Source: Prevotella sp. CAG:755
GTDB lineage: Bacteria; Bacteroidota; Bacteroidia; Bacteroidales; Bacteroidaceae
Length of the DNA: 64,000 bases
Assembly: GCA_963931215.1 (NCBI GenBank)
Contig: OZ006989.1
Span: 1,183,816-1,247,815 of the forward strand
Direction of reading: 5' to 3'
Every line of letters begins with the position of its first letter. Within the stretch, counting starts at the first letter, position 1. The notes under the pieces were generated by a model. It ran no database searches and was not told the origin of the DNA. It saw nothing but the letters and a program-made list of their open reading frames with translations. The position numbers and the translations under genes were made by a program. Below are positions 1 to 8,535 of the stretch, one piece after another.

Positions 1-279
1 GACAAATGAGTTGCTCTCTTCCGAATAGTACTCAATCCTTGAGAATTCATAGGAATGAATTAGCGCGTCAGTGTTCTTGCTTGTCAAAGCATAAAGTCCT
101 AACGCATTATTGTAAAGATAGAACCCGTCAGAATCCTTCTCTCTCCACAGTTTAACGTAATTGCTGCCCGGTCTCAATTCCTCCATCCGAGAAAAAGTGC
201 CTCTGATTATCGACGGGTCACGGCTGTCTATCAATCTTATTTTTTCATTTTCAACGTTCATGGCTTCCATCATACTCAT
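1..279 (-). CDS. Hypothetical protein, partial (runs off the window edge), coupled to the helicase
   Basis: Manual translation gives MSMMEAMNVENEKIRLIDSRDPSIIRGTFSRMEELRPGSNYVKLWREK..., open to base 1. Its ATG (279-277) overlaps the helicase TGA (ATGA). Not in the ORF track because it has no stop in the window. Confidence 0.6.
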   Translation of the reverse strand, partial: MSMMEAMNVENEKIRLIDSRDPSIIRGTFSRMEELRPGSNYVKLWREKDSDGFYLYNNALGLYALTSKNTDALIHSYEFSRIEYYSEESNSFV

Positions 280-2846
280 TTAAAAATTGTTTCAGCAGTT
301 GTCTCAATACAATCAAGAGGTATGTCATCAAGATATATGCCCTCAACATTCAAATTACAGGTTCCCTCTATGTCTCCATTACCAGCAAATGTACATTCTA
401 TGATTTTTTCTTCACTGCCTTCAGCTGTAGCCAAATGATAGAGGACCTTACTTCCTGGTTTAATGCGCTTCTCTTTGCCTGCGGGAATAAATTCCTTGGC
501 GGCCTCGTGATTCAGCACTGAGTCGCAAAGAGCCGTCAATGCATGACGCGTTTCATCATTGATCTTTGGACAGAGCGTTGAAATGACAATATCCATGTAT
601 TGCTTGATATAGCCCATTAAATCCTTGAGCAGGCGTTCATCCAGAAGTTTCTTTGTGATGTTAATCTTATTCGTGTCGTAAAGTGCAACGAATCTGTTGC
701 CTGAGCGAAGGTTTTCATTCTCGAATTCGCTGAATAAGCGGCTGCCCTTATGACTGATGTCGTTTCTGTCAAAGGCTCTTAGACGGAGGAACGTTTCAAA
801 CAATATGTCGGCTATATCGCTAACCTCTACATTCTTTTCATTAAAGGCAGGATGGAAGATAACTGTGCCTGTAGTCCTCAGCATGGGCAGGAAATAGGGA
901 GCGGAAAGTCCTTCTTCATCTGTATATGGATTATAAATTCTCTTGCTTCTTGTAGTTTCATAATAGCCATACACTGTTTGGTGCTCTTCCAGTTGCAGAT
1001 TGAATGCGACGCATTCGCCAAACTCAATCGTACCATACCGATGTTCCTTTTCAAAGTCGGGGATGACATAGCCGCGATGATATGAGTCGGTCTTTAGAAT
1101 CCCGGAAGTATTGCATCTCTTGGCAATGATTTTGTGTTCGCCATTAATGACACGCACTATTCGTTCGCGAATTCTTTTGCCATTTTTATAGGTGGAGCGG
1201 ATTGCTTGCGGATAACCTTCCGTAGCAATTTGCTCACGGCTGATTTGCTCGTCTTTAGGTAGAATGTCCTCATGCTCCGTGACAGCAGCAATAGAAAATT
1301 GCTTGCCGAAATGTCTTAAAGTATATGCACGCTGAGGGTTTGCACAGTTATCCGCATATTCTTTGTATTCACCAGGGAACTGCCCATTGAGGACTTTGTC
1401 GCACAGTACTCCAAATGAGCTTGGGAACAAATCTTTCCCGTCAAATACCGGGCGCTGGTGTCTCGGTTTCTTCCATTGGGCATACTCACAATTGTCATGG
1501 TCGCCGACATGCATTAAAGCTTGGACACACTGAATTGTTGGATCCTCAAGATACAATGCAGGCTCGTAATTAGGCAGCACTTTATCTATATTGCAACCGA
1601 ATTCCTCGAAAAGAAGCTTCGACGGCAACGAGTGGTCATTCTTCACAACTATCACATAACTGTTGTCGCATTTGCCTCTTCCGACACGTCCTATACGTTG
1701 TTGATAACTGTTCTTGTCATGAGGCATATCCGCTATGATGCATAAATTCAGGCCATCAATATCTATGCCTATTTCTAAGGCACTTGTACTGATAATTCCT
1801 CTGAATCTGCCGTTCTCCAGCGCATCGGCTATGATGTTTGAAGATGCCACCTCATATCCGGAGCGATATGCAAAAATGCCGTCAGTGCCATTGCTGTCCA
1901 GATTATTGGCCATGACACCGGTCTTCTGTCTGCTCTCAACGAACGTAATGCTCTTTGTGGCATCAAGTTCTGTGAATGCCTTGACTAGAGCTTCTTCGCT
2001 TGCCTTTGTTGCATCATCGGCTTTCTCAACGAAATAGAAAGTTTTTTTAGCCATGGGTGAACCATCAACGTCAATCCCAATCTCAACAAAGTCACTCGCC
2101 CCCGTAATATTGAAAGAGTGCTCACAAGCATTGGGCAGTGTCGCCGATGCCGTGATATATTGCGCCGTGTCGTTCGTTCCACGCAAGAGACGGCGAACAT
2201 TGTTCAGACGCCTGAAGAGATAGGCTGAATTTGTCCCAAACAAGCCTTTGTACAGGTGGAGCTCGTCAACAACCACAAGGGATATGTTCCTGATAAAGTC
2301 TTTAACAACGTTGCCATAACGGTTATTGTTGATATTGTCGAGTAGCCAAGCATGAATGACGTCGGGCGTCATTACTACCACACGTTTGGTTTTCAGGATA
2401 TTCTCTCTTTCATGCCATTTGGTATCACCATCTATCTTCCCGACACCCTCGTATGCCTCCTTCCAACGCTCTACTTGCTGACGGTTCAATGCTTTCATGG
2501 GATATACTGCCAAGACCTTGGCGTTAGGATCGTTAGCCAATAATTCCAACGCTGAAAGAATGAAAATCTCAGATTTGCCTGAACTGGTCGAGGTCGTCAC
2601 ACATACATTTTTCCCTTCCTTGGCTGCCTTGACAGCAAGATATTGGTGATTCCACAAGGCTGGTATCTCACAACCTTCAAGATAGTAAGTACTAAGTTCT
2701 GAAAGATTCAAGTCATCATAGGATTTGCTTACTGCAGAACGTTTGCATTCGGTTTCGGTATGACAGATATGGTAACCGCACCCTTCTATCACACCCTTTA
2801 CTATGCTGTCGTTAAGAAGACTATTTGAATTTGTTAAATTATCCAT
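276..2846 (-). CDS. SF2 DEAD/DEAH-box helicase, MrfA/Hrq1(SftH)-like
   Basis: Motif I TSTSSGKS, motif II DELH, motif III SAT, motif V STSALEIGIDI, motif VI QRIGRVGR, then a long C-terminal region. ATG at 2846 (the track starts at GTG 2852). Confidence 0.85.
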   Translation of the reverse strand: MDNLTNSNSLLNDSIVKGVIEGCGYHICHTETECKRSAVSKSYDDLNLSELSTYYLEGCEIPALWNHQYLAVKAAKEGKNVCVTTSTSSGKSEIFILSALELLANDPNAKVLAVYPMKALNRQQVERWKEAYEGVGKIDGDTKWHERENILKTKRVVVMTPDVIHAWLLDNINNNRYGNVVKDFIRNISLVVVDELHLYKGLFGTNSAYLFRRLNNVRRLLRGTNDTAQYITASATLPNACEHSFNITGASDFVEIGIDVDGSPMAKKTFYFVEKADDATKASEEALVKAFTELDATKSITFVESRQKTGVMANNLDSNGTDGIFAYRSGYEVASSNIIADALENGRFRGIISTSALEIGIDIDGLNLCIIADMPHDKNSYQQRIGRVGRGKCDNSYVIVVKNDHSLPSKLLFEEFGCNIDKVLPNYEPALYLEDPTIQCVQALMHVGDHDNCEYAQWKKPRHQRPVFDGKDLFPSSFGVLCDKVLNGQFPGEYKEYADNCANPQRAYTLRHFGKQFSIAAVTEHEDILPKDEQISREQIATEGYPQAIRSTYKNGKRIRERIVRVINGEHKIIAKRCNTSGILKTDSYHRGYVIPDFEKEHRYGTIEFGECVAFNLQLEEHQTVYGYYETTRSKRIYNPYTDEEGLSAPYFLPMLRTTGTVIFHPAFNEKNVEVSDIADILFETFLRLRAFDRNDISHKGSRLFSEFENENLRSGNRFVALYDTNKINITKKLLDERLLKDLMGYIKQYMDIVISTLCPKINDETRHALTALCDSVLNHEAAKEFIPAGKEKRIKPGSKVLYHLATAEGSEEKIIECTFAGNGDIEGTCNLNVEGIYLDDIPLDCIETTAETIFK

Positions 2847-2882
2847 CGCCACAAGTATTGGAAATTAAATGATGTCTAAGTA

Positions 2883-2890
2883 CAAAATTA
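2883..2890 (-). promoter_or_regulatory. Bacteroidetes -7 promoter box upstream of the helicase
   Basis: TAATTTTG on the minus strand matches TAnnTTTG, ~37 nt upstream of the ATG. Confidence 0.55.
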
Positions 2891-2986
2891 CTGATTATTT
2901 ATGAGATACACTCAAGTCCTATTGATATTTAACAATTTATAATACCAATCACAAAACGCACATTATGTTAATGAACGTTTACATTG

Positions 2987-3121
2987 CTAATGAAAAGGCA
3001 ATGAGGGATATTGCGAAATATTAGAGTCAAAGGGCTGCTTCAGGTCAATGACCATCAGAACGAGGTTTCTGATGCCCAATCTGATATCATCAAGGAAAGA
3101 TACTGAACTGTTTTTCTTCAT
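2987..3121 (-). CDS. Possible 44-aa small ORF or gene fragment
   Basis: MKKNSSVSFLDDIRLGIRNLVLMVIDLKQPFDSNISQYPSLPFH, with an A-rich leader, downstream of the promoter at 3243-3272. Confidence 0.3.
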   Translation of the reverse strand: MKKNSSVSFLDDIRLGIRNLVLMVIDLKQPFDSNISQYPSLPFH

Positions 3122-3242
3122 AATGAGTTGAATTTTATTGGTTTATACTGTACCAATCGCATCGCTGGTGCCACCTTGATTTCAACATCAGGTTGGCGAG
3201 CCACTGTAGGCTTCTCTTGATGCTTCTTGATTTTTGCTGAAA

Positions 3243-3292
3243 CAAAGGTAGGAAGAGTTTTCCGGAAAACAATCATCCATTCCGTTCATTTG
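3243..3292 (-). promoter_or_regulatory. Promoter (TTG-19 nt-TACCTTTG) with a conserved 29-bp upstream element, copy 1
   Basis: -7 box at 3243-3250, TTG at 3270-3272. Bases 3264-3292 match 6002-6030 at 28/29. Confidence 0.65.
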
Positions 3293-3302
3293 CCTTCTTC
3301 AC

Positions 3303-4178
3303 TTATGGGAGGTTCTGTGGGACTTGGCCAACTGTTGCCTGCTGTCTTTCCTGTTTGATTGCCAGCGCCTTCAGGTCAAAGCCATACTTGCCGTATATCC
3401 TTTCGATTTGGGACCAATCGGCACGTTCGCCAAGGCACCAGGCGATATAGTTGATGATTTCGTACATCTGCACCGCCTCTGCCTCCATGAGCACAGGTAC
3501 ATAATTCTCATAGGCAGCATTGTCGTAGGGCCTTCTGTCTGATCGCGACACCTCGAAGTCGAGCAGTTCCAGCGCCCACGTGTAGTTTTGCGGGTGCATG
3601 GCGTTGTGCATGACATGATGGTCGTGGAGCAGCTGCAGGTTCCGAACGACCACTTCGGCGGCATACAGGTGGTAGAGCCCGTCGATGCGTCCCCACCTCT
3701 CCAGATATTCCCGCAACATGCCTTTGGGCATGAAGCCATAGTCGTTGATACGGTACGGGCATTCAACGCTATACTGCAGCAGGGCGGCCTGGCATTCCTG
3801 GCCTCCTTTGAGGATGGTTCTGTCCAATGCCACTACGCTCTCCATGCAGTTTGTCCTGATGCCGAGGCTGCTTGCCTCCATGCCTATGTCATAGTCCCTT
3901 ACCGCATTCTCCAAAGGCAGGCCGCCCCAGGTGTCACCCCACTGTTTCGAGGTGGCGAGGTAAGGGTATGAAGTATAGCTCAACCCGTTCCCTTTTCCTA
4001 TAATCCATTTGAACTCGTCTGTACGGCGGAGCAGGAAACTGCGCCCGTGCCTCGGACTGACGCACCAGATGGTCTCCCGTCCCTGGTCGTTGCGTATGAG
4101 CGGAAGGATACTGACGCTGTCGTCTCTTTTGCGAACCGCCTGACAGCCGGCGGCCTTTTCTGCCTTGAATGTCTGCAT
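3303..4178 (-). CDS. Minimal SelO/YdiU-like protein-kinase-fold enzyme (putative AMPylase/kinase)
   Basis: Collinear SelO-type motifs: RHGRSFLL (GDGRxxLL), IGKGNGLS (LKGAGLT), AVRDY..SLGIRT (IRE..LGIPT), HNAMHPQN (HGVMNTDN), LLDFE (LDYG). Confidence 0.65.
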   Translation of the reverse strand: MQTFKAEKAAGCQAVRKRDDSVSILPLIRNDQGRETIWCVSPRHGRSFLLRRTDEFKWIIGKGNGLSYTSYPYLATSKQWGDTWGGLPLENAVRDYDIGMEASSLGIRTNCMESVVALDRTILKGGQECQAALLQYSVECPYRINDYGFMPKGMLREYLERWGRIDGLYHLYAAEVVVRNLQLLHDHHVMHNAMHPQNYTWALELLDFEVSRSDRRPYDNAAYENYVPVLMEAEAVQMYEIINYIAWCLGERADWSQIERIYGKYGFDLKALAIKQERQQATVGQVPQNLP

Positions 4179-4206
4179 GGCTTTTAATTTGAGGATTTAC
4201 GATGAA

Positions 4207-4238
4207 GGAGGAGACACTCGCACGGGAATGCCTCCTCC
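4207..4238 (-). other. 13-bp stem-loop between the peptide gene and the SelO-like gene
   Basis: Minus-strand GGAGGAGGCAUUC / GAGUGUCUCCUCC with a 6-nt loop and two G-U pairs. No long U tract, so it may stabilise the mRNA or attenuate readthrough. Confidence 0.6.
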
Positions 4239-4259
4239 CGTTTTGGCGAACTGCAAAAC

Positions 4260-4367
4260 TTATGTGTTGTGCTTTACAAGTACGGTCGGGCATGAGCTCT
4301 GGTAAGCGCATGCCGACATGGTCATGATGCTTGACACATGCTTGGCCTTCAAATCGTTTTCTTTCAT
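4260..4367 (-). CDS. Putative RiPP precursor peptide, 35 aa
   Basis: MKENDLKAKHVSSIMTMSACAYQSSCPTVLVKHNT. ATG is 35 nt after the rSAM stop, co-oriented, followed by a hairpin. Below the ORF-track size cutoff. Confidence 0.6.
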   Translation of the reverse strand: MKENDLKAKHVSSIMTMSACAYQSSCPTVLVKHNT

Positions 4368-4402
4368 ATTCTGCAGATTTTGAAAGATTACAGGAATAGT
4401 TC

Positions 4403-5958
4403 TCAGGACACTCCATTTATCCCCGCCTGATCGCGGTAGCTGACCGTGGTCAAGCGTCTTAACGCCGGTATTTCTATGCGGAGGCTGTCAAGGGCCTCCT
4501 GCAAGCTTCTGCCTTGCAACGGATCGTAACCGTCCTTTATCTTCTGGGCCAGTCCATACCGCTCCTTGGCCAGGTAACAGTTGTTCTCCGACGGCCGCAG
4601 CGGATTACCATGGGCGGTAAAGTTGTTGCCGGGGCACATCTGGCAATACAGGCAATACGGCTGCCGGTGGCACTCGGTGCAGTCGCCCAGCCGTTGCTCG
4701 CGCCACCATCCCAGCGTCCTGCTCCGGTTGACCGTCTCCATGAACGATGCGTCGCGCACGTTGCCCACCTTCATGGGAAAGGCGCAGCAGGGCTGAATGT
4801 TTCCCTCGGGCGTTATGCAGAACGTGCTGAATCCGGCCGAGCACATCAGTTCGTCCGGCTTGGTCTCCAGTACGGCCACTTCGCTGTTGCTGATATAATA
4901 AGGAAGGTCCCGGTCGCGCAGCACCACTTCCAGCTCCTCATGCCCGAGGCGCAGGCAGGTGGACGCGCAGCGGTCACCGTCGACGGAGTCGGTGATGTTA
5001 AGGTCGAACTGCGGCAGTGCGCCATACTTACAGGCAACTTCCTTCACCGTGGGGTATGTCTTTACATTGGGCTTCATGATGCAGCACTTGAGCATCATCG
5101 GCAAGGCAAGCTCGCTGCACCTCTTTATGAAGGCCAGGGTGCAGTCATGCGAGTCCAGCACACGAGTGATGGAATCGTGCACTTCCGCACGTCGCTGTAG
5201 AGCGAAATGCCGATGGAACGGGGAAAGAAGCCGGCCAGACGGTCAACGTCGTCCGCCACGCTGACGCCATTGGTAAAAATGTCGATGGCCAGTCCCTTGT
5301 CGTGGAGATAGGACAGGATGTCCCAGACAATCGGTTTTGAGAACGGGTCGCCGTCGGAAAGCGTCACCTTTACGAGTCCTTGCCCGTACAGCTCGTCAAT
5401 GACGCGCTTGTATTCGTCGAGCCGCAGTTCGTCACGTTGACCGCGCAGGCTTTTCTCCTTAGAATTCCTTGTGGCGCCCGCATTGTAGCAATGGATGCAC
5501 ATCTCGCTGCACCGGTATGTCAGCTCGAGCATGACGCTTGTCACCTGTCCGGTTCGTTCCGCATACATCCGTTCCGCGTCTGCCGTGCCGACGCTTATCG
5601 CTTCGCGCATGTCCTGCACGCTGTCGGCGACCTGCTTTTTGCGGCAGCTCAGCAAGCCGTCCCGATAAAGCTTCACATCCTCCGCCGTGGCCACACGGTT
5701 GGCAAGCAGGCCATGCTGTGCCATGTCATCAAAGAAAGTTTGGAGCCTGTCCGCATCCACACCGCTTTTCAAGGAAATGTCTTCAACTGTAAACGGCGTG
5801 TTGCGGTCCATATCAAGAAGGCAGCCTACGACGAGGGCTGACGTGTCTTCATAGTAATAGCACAACCCCTCTATGAGGTTGTAGTAGATGGCGGCACGAT
5901 GAGCAGGGTCGTATCGTCCGCATGTCCATTCCGGTCTGAGGTATTCGGTCATTGCCAA
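4403..5958 (-). pseudogene. Radical SAM/SPASM peptide maturase with an N-terminal PqqD/RRE-like domain, frameshifted at 5187/5188
   Basis: CxxxCxxC (CSEMCIHC) lies in ORF 5125-5958 and SPASM cysteines (CSAG..QPCC..CTEC..CLYCQMCPG..C) in ORF 4403-5182. Adding one G (GTG[G]CG GAA GTG CAC GAT) fuses them into ~518 aa. Confidence 0.8.
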
Positions 5959-5980
5959 CGAAGTTTAAAATTAGCAATGA

Positions 5981-6030
5981 CAAAATTAAAGTCAACCTAT
6001 GGGAAAACAATCATCCATTCCGTCCATTTG
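5981..6030 (-). promoter_or_regulatory. Promoter of the rSAM operon (TTG-19 nt-TAATTTTG) with a conserved 29-bp upstream element, copy 2
   Basis: -7 box at 5981-5988, TTG at 6008-6010. Same spacing and upstream sequence as the 3243-3292 promoter. Confidence 0.65.
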
Positions 6031-6065
6031 ATATGTGCAACATGCAAGACCGGCAAACTGGGATG

Positions 6066-6173
6066 TCATTCCGTTTCGCCGTCGTCGTATTGGAAACGCT
6101 TGTCCGTGTAGTCGCCGTAGAATGCCTTGTCATCTTCGTTGCGCATCATCTGACAGTATTGGTTTACAAGGAA
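6066..6173 (-). pseudogene. Detached 3' end of the Ser/Thr kinase gene
   Basis: In-frame continuation FLVNQYCQMMRNEDDKAFYGDYTDKRFQYDDGETE* once the IS and one TSD copy are removed. Confidence 0.8.
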
Positions 6174-6294
6174 ATAATCTTGGGAATGATATACCAGATT
6201 GCCCAGCATTAATATAGCAATAAATATCGAGGATTTCAAGTTTATCTGTGATATCGTATGATATCTAAAGCTAAAGATCGCTAGATCATTTGGT

Positions 6295-7275
6295 TTGTTA
6301 AAAAAGGATCTGTACTTTAGCCAGCGTAATGATAAAAGGCATACGATTATGATTGGATTGGAGAAATTTGATAACTTGATTTCCTTGATAACTTACTTCA
6401 AGGACAACGCAACCTGCAAGCAGTTCCTGAAAGAACAGAGATGGGGTGATGACGTGGTATGCCCTTATTGCGGACACCACCATTGTTATTCACGTTCAAA
6501 CGGACAGTTCCGCTGTCCGAATTGCTTGAACAATTTCTCCGTCCTTGTCGGGACAATCTTTGAGAACACCAAGATTGCCTTGGTGAAATGGTTCTCTGCC
6601 ATGTACCTTATATCTTCCCATAAGAAAGGTATCTCTTCTCACCAATTGGCAAGGGATATCAATGTCACGCAAAAAACGGCTTGGCATATCCTGCACAAGG
6701 TGCGTTCTCTTTACAGCCAAGACGATTCTATCGAACTGTCAGAAGATGTGGAGTGTGACGAGGCATATATCGGTGGCGACGAGAAGAACAAGCACGAAAG
6801 CAAGAAAACCGAAGGCACGCAAGGCCGTTCCTTAAAGACCAAGACACCCGTCTTCGGAATGGCTCAGAGAAACGGTAACATTGTCGCTATGAAAACCCAA
6901 GATACGAAAGGCAGGACATTGATGCCTATCATCAGGCAGTTTGTAAAGGATGGCTCTCGTATCTATACTGACGAATATATAGGTTACAACTCCTTGGTAG
7001 AAAGCGAATACAGCCACGCTGTCGTTAATCACGGAGCGAAACAGTTCGTGGATGGTGACAAACACACCAATACCATTGAAGGCTTCTGGGCGCAATTGAA
7101 ACGTGCAATCTTTGGCATCTATCACTTTGTTTCAGCAAAGTATCTCAAAAGGTATGTGGATGAAGCCGTTTTCAGCTATAATTCACGAGAGCAATCTGAA
7201 AGCGAGCGTTTCAGAATTATGTTCAAACGCTCAATCGGAATTTTCCGTTATGCAGATGTGAAAAATGTTGGATAA
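6295..7275 (+). CDS. IS1595-family (ISXO2-like) transposase
   Basis: Zn-ribbon CPYCG..CPNC, HTH region, ECDEAYIGG, YTDEY, NTIEGFW..LKR..GIYH. Confidence 0.93.
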   Translation: MLKKDLYFSQRNDKRHTIMIGLEKFDNLISLITYFKDNATCKQFLKEQRWGDDVVCPYCGHHHCYSRSNGQFRCPNCLNNFSVLVGTIFENTKIALVKWFSAMYLISSHKKGISSHQLARDINVTQKTAWHILHKVRSLYSQDDSIELSEDVECDEAYIGGDEKNKHESKKTEGTQGRSLKTKTPVFGMAQRNGNIVAMKTQDTKGRTLMPIIRQFVKDGSRIYTDEYIGYNSLVESEYSHAVVNHGAKQFVDGDKHTNTIEGFWAQLKRAIFGIYHFVSAKYLKRYVDEAVFSYNSREQSESERFRIMFKRSIGIFRYADVKNVG

Positions 7276-7354
7276 AGGTATTGATTCCTTCTATTTGTTT
7301 GCGTATATTATAAGTATATAAATTGATATAAAAAATGGATAAAAACAAAATTTC

Positions 7355-7621
7355 ATGATTAAAGAATCTAAAGATTGGGAAAACGCGATATATGAGCGGA
7401 TAGAAAGTTATCAACGAAATGGATGGAAAGATTGGTTTGCTACATGTCTATTGCAGATGGCATTTGAGAAAGAGTTTGAGCTTGACATTACAACAGACTA
7501 TCTCACATCGTTTATGAGTGCATACTCAAAAGCACTACAACGGCTAATTAATGAAGGAAGACTTACGGTAAGTGGTGCTATACAAAGTTCATTTGGCGGT
7601 CAGGTATTCGGAAGGATGTGA
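7355..7621 (+). CDS. Hypothetical protein, IS passenger
   Basis: 88-aa ORF inside the TIRs; no recognisable motif. Confidence 0.55.
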   Translation: MIKESKDWENAIYERIESYQRNGWKDWFATCLLQMAFEKEFELDITTDYLTSFMSAYSKALQRLINEGRLTVSGAIQSSFGGQVFGRM

Positions 7622-7742
7622 ACTCTTTTCATATAATCCAATAAATCATTTTCGGTTTTAAAGATTTGGAACATGCTCAGATTTTTACTCCAAATCGCAT
7701 ATAGTTTAAATTTTAAACCATTAACGCATACAATTTTTGTCC

Positions 7743-8189
7743 TTATACAAAAGTCTGTATGCTGCATATACTTATGACTATTTTTGTTGGAAAAATAAGA
7801 CACAATAAAAGACCTATCATTTCTCCAAAACAATATGCCTGTACATTTAACTCCCTGATGCACTCCAATACAATTCGACGGATACGATTTCTTAGAAGCA
7901 CTTCGTGCATGTTTTGCGCATGGCAGGCATCCTCAACGTATATTGTATCGCCTTCGATTCGGTAAGCAAAATACCATTTCCATGCATTGGCCATAAACAA
8001 GCCGTTCCATCTGGAAATCGTAGGTTTTCGTCTCAGCAAACCATTCTCTATCTTGTAAATGGATGAGCATACTTTCTTATAATCTGAATTAAGATTCTCG
8101 TAGGAATAGGTATGCCTATACTTCTTAGCAACATTTCTATAAAATGATAGGATTTTTCTATACACATTTCTGTTAACTTTATAGCTCAT
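7743..8189 (-). CDS. RelE/ParE-like toxin candidate, IS passenger
   Basis: Basic protein with a WYFAYRIEGDTIYVEDACH segment resembling the terminal strands of the RelE/ParE fold. Start overlaps the upstream stop (TAATG). Confidence 0.45.
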   Translation of the reverse strand: MSYKVNRNVYRKILSFYRNVAKKYRHTYSYENLNSDYKKVCSSIYKIENGLLRRKPTISRWNGLFMANAWKWYFAYRIEGDTIYVEDACHAQNMHEVLLRNRIRRIVLECIRELNVQAYCFGEMIGLLLCLIFPTKIVISICSIQTFV

Positions 8190-8374
8190 TACGGCATCTC
8201 ATATATCATTTTTATTTGTGTATCAATTAACTGATACATTTCTTCCACCGTCATATATCCTGTCTTTTGGATTTCCTCACTAAGCAAGGTTTTGACTTCC
8301 CCGTTTTCAACATAGACTCGGCTGCCATTGATTATGGTTTCATTCAATTTGTTCTTATCTTTTTTCGTATTCAT
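8189..8374 (-). CDS. Small protein, antitoxin candidate, IS passenger
   Basis: 61 aa from ATG 8374 (MNTKKDK...MIYEMP), coupled directly upstream of the toxin-like gene. Confidence 0.45.
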   Translation of the reverse strand: MNTKKDKNKLNETIINGSRVYVENGEVKTLLSEEIQKTGYMTVEEMYQLIDTQIKMIYEMP

Positions 8375-8535
8375 CTTTTCGTTCTGATTTATAAGTTGGC
8401 AACAACGCAAATATACTACAAAAACATGTTTATGACAACAAAAATAGCATGTTTTTACAATAAATATAGCCGAAATAAAAACGCATATCAATAAAAATCA
8501 CTAACTCACTCGTTGGAATGGGCTAGTGATTGTTG

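Noticed and set aside
3125-3240. Riboswitch in the leader downstream of the 3243 promoter
   Set aside because: Only weak hairpins and no recognisable aptamer consensus.
3303-3330. Selenocysteine recoding in the SelO-like gene
   Set aside because: It ends in TAA with no C-terminal CxxU/C motif and no in-frame TGA.
5125-5190. Programmed frameshift in the rSAM gene
   Set aside because: No slippery heptamer at the junction; a one-base loss (GG to G) explains it more simply.
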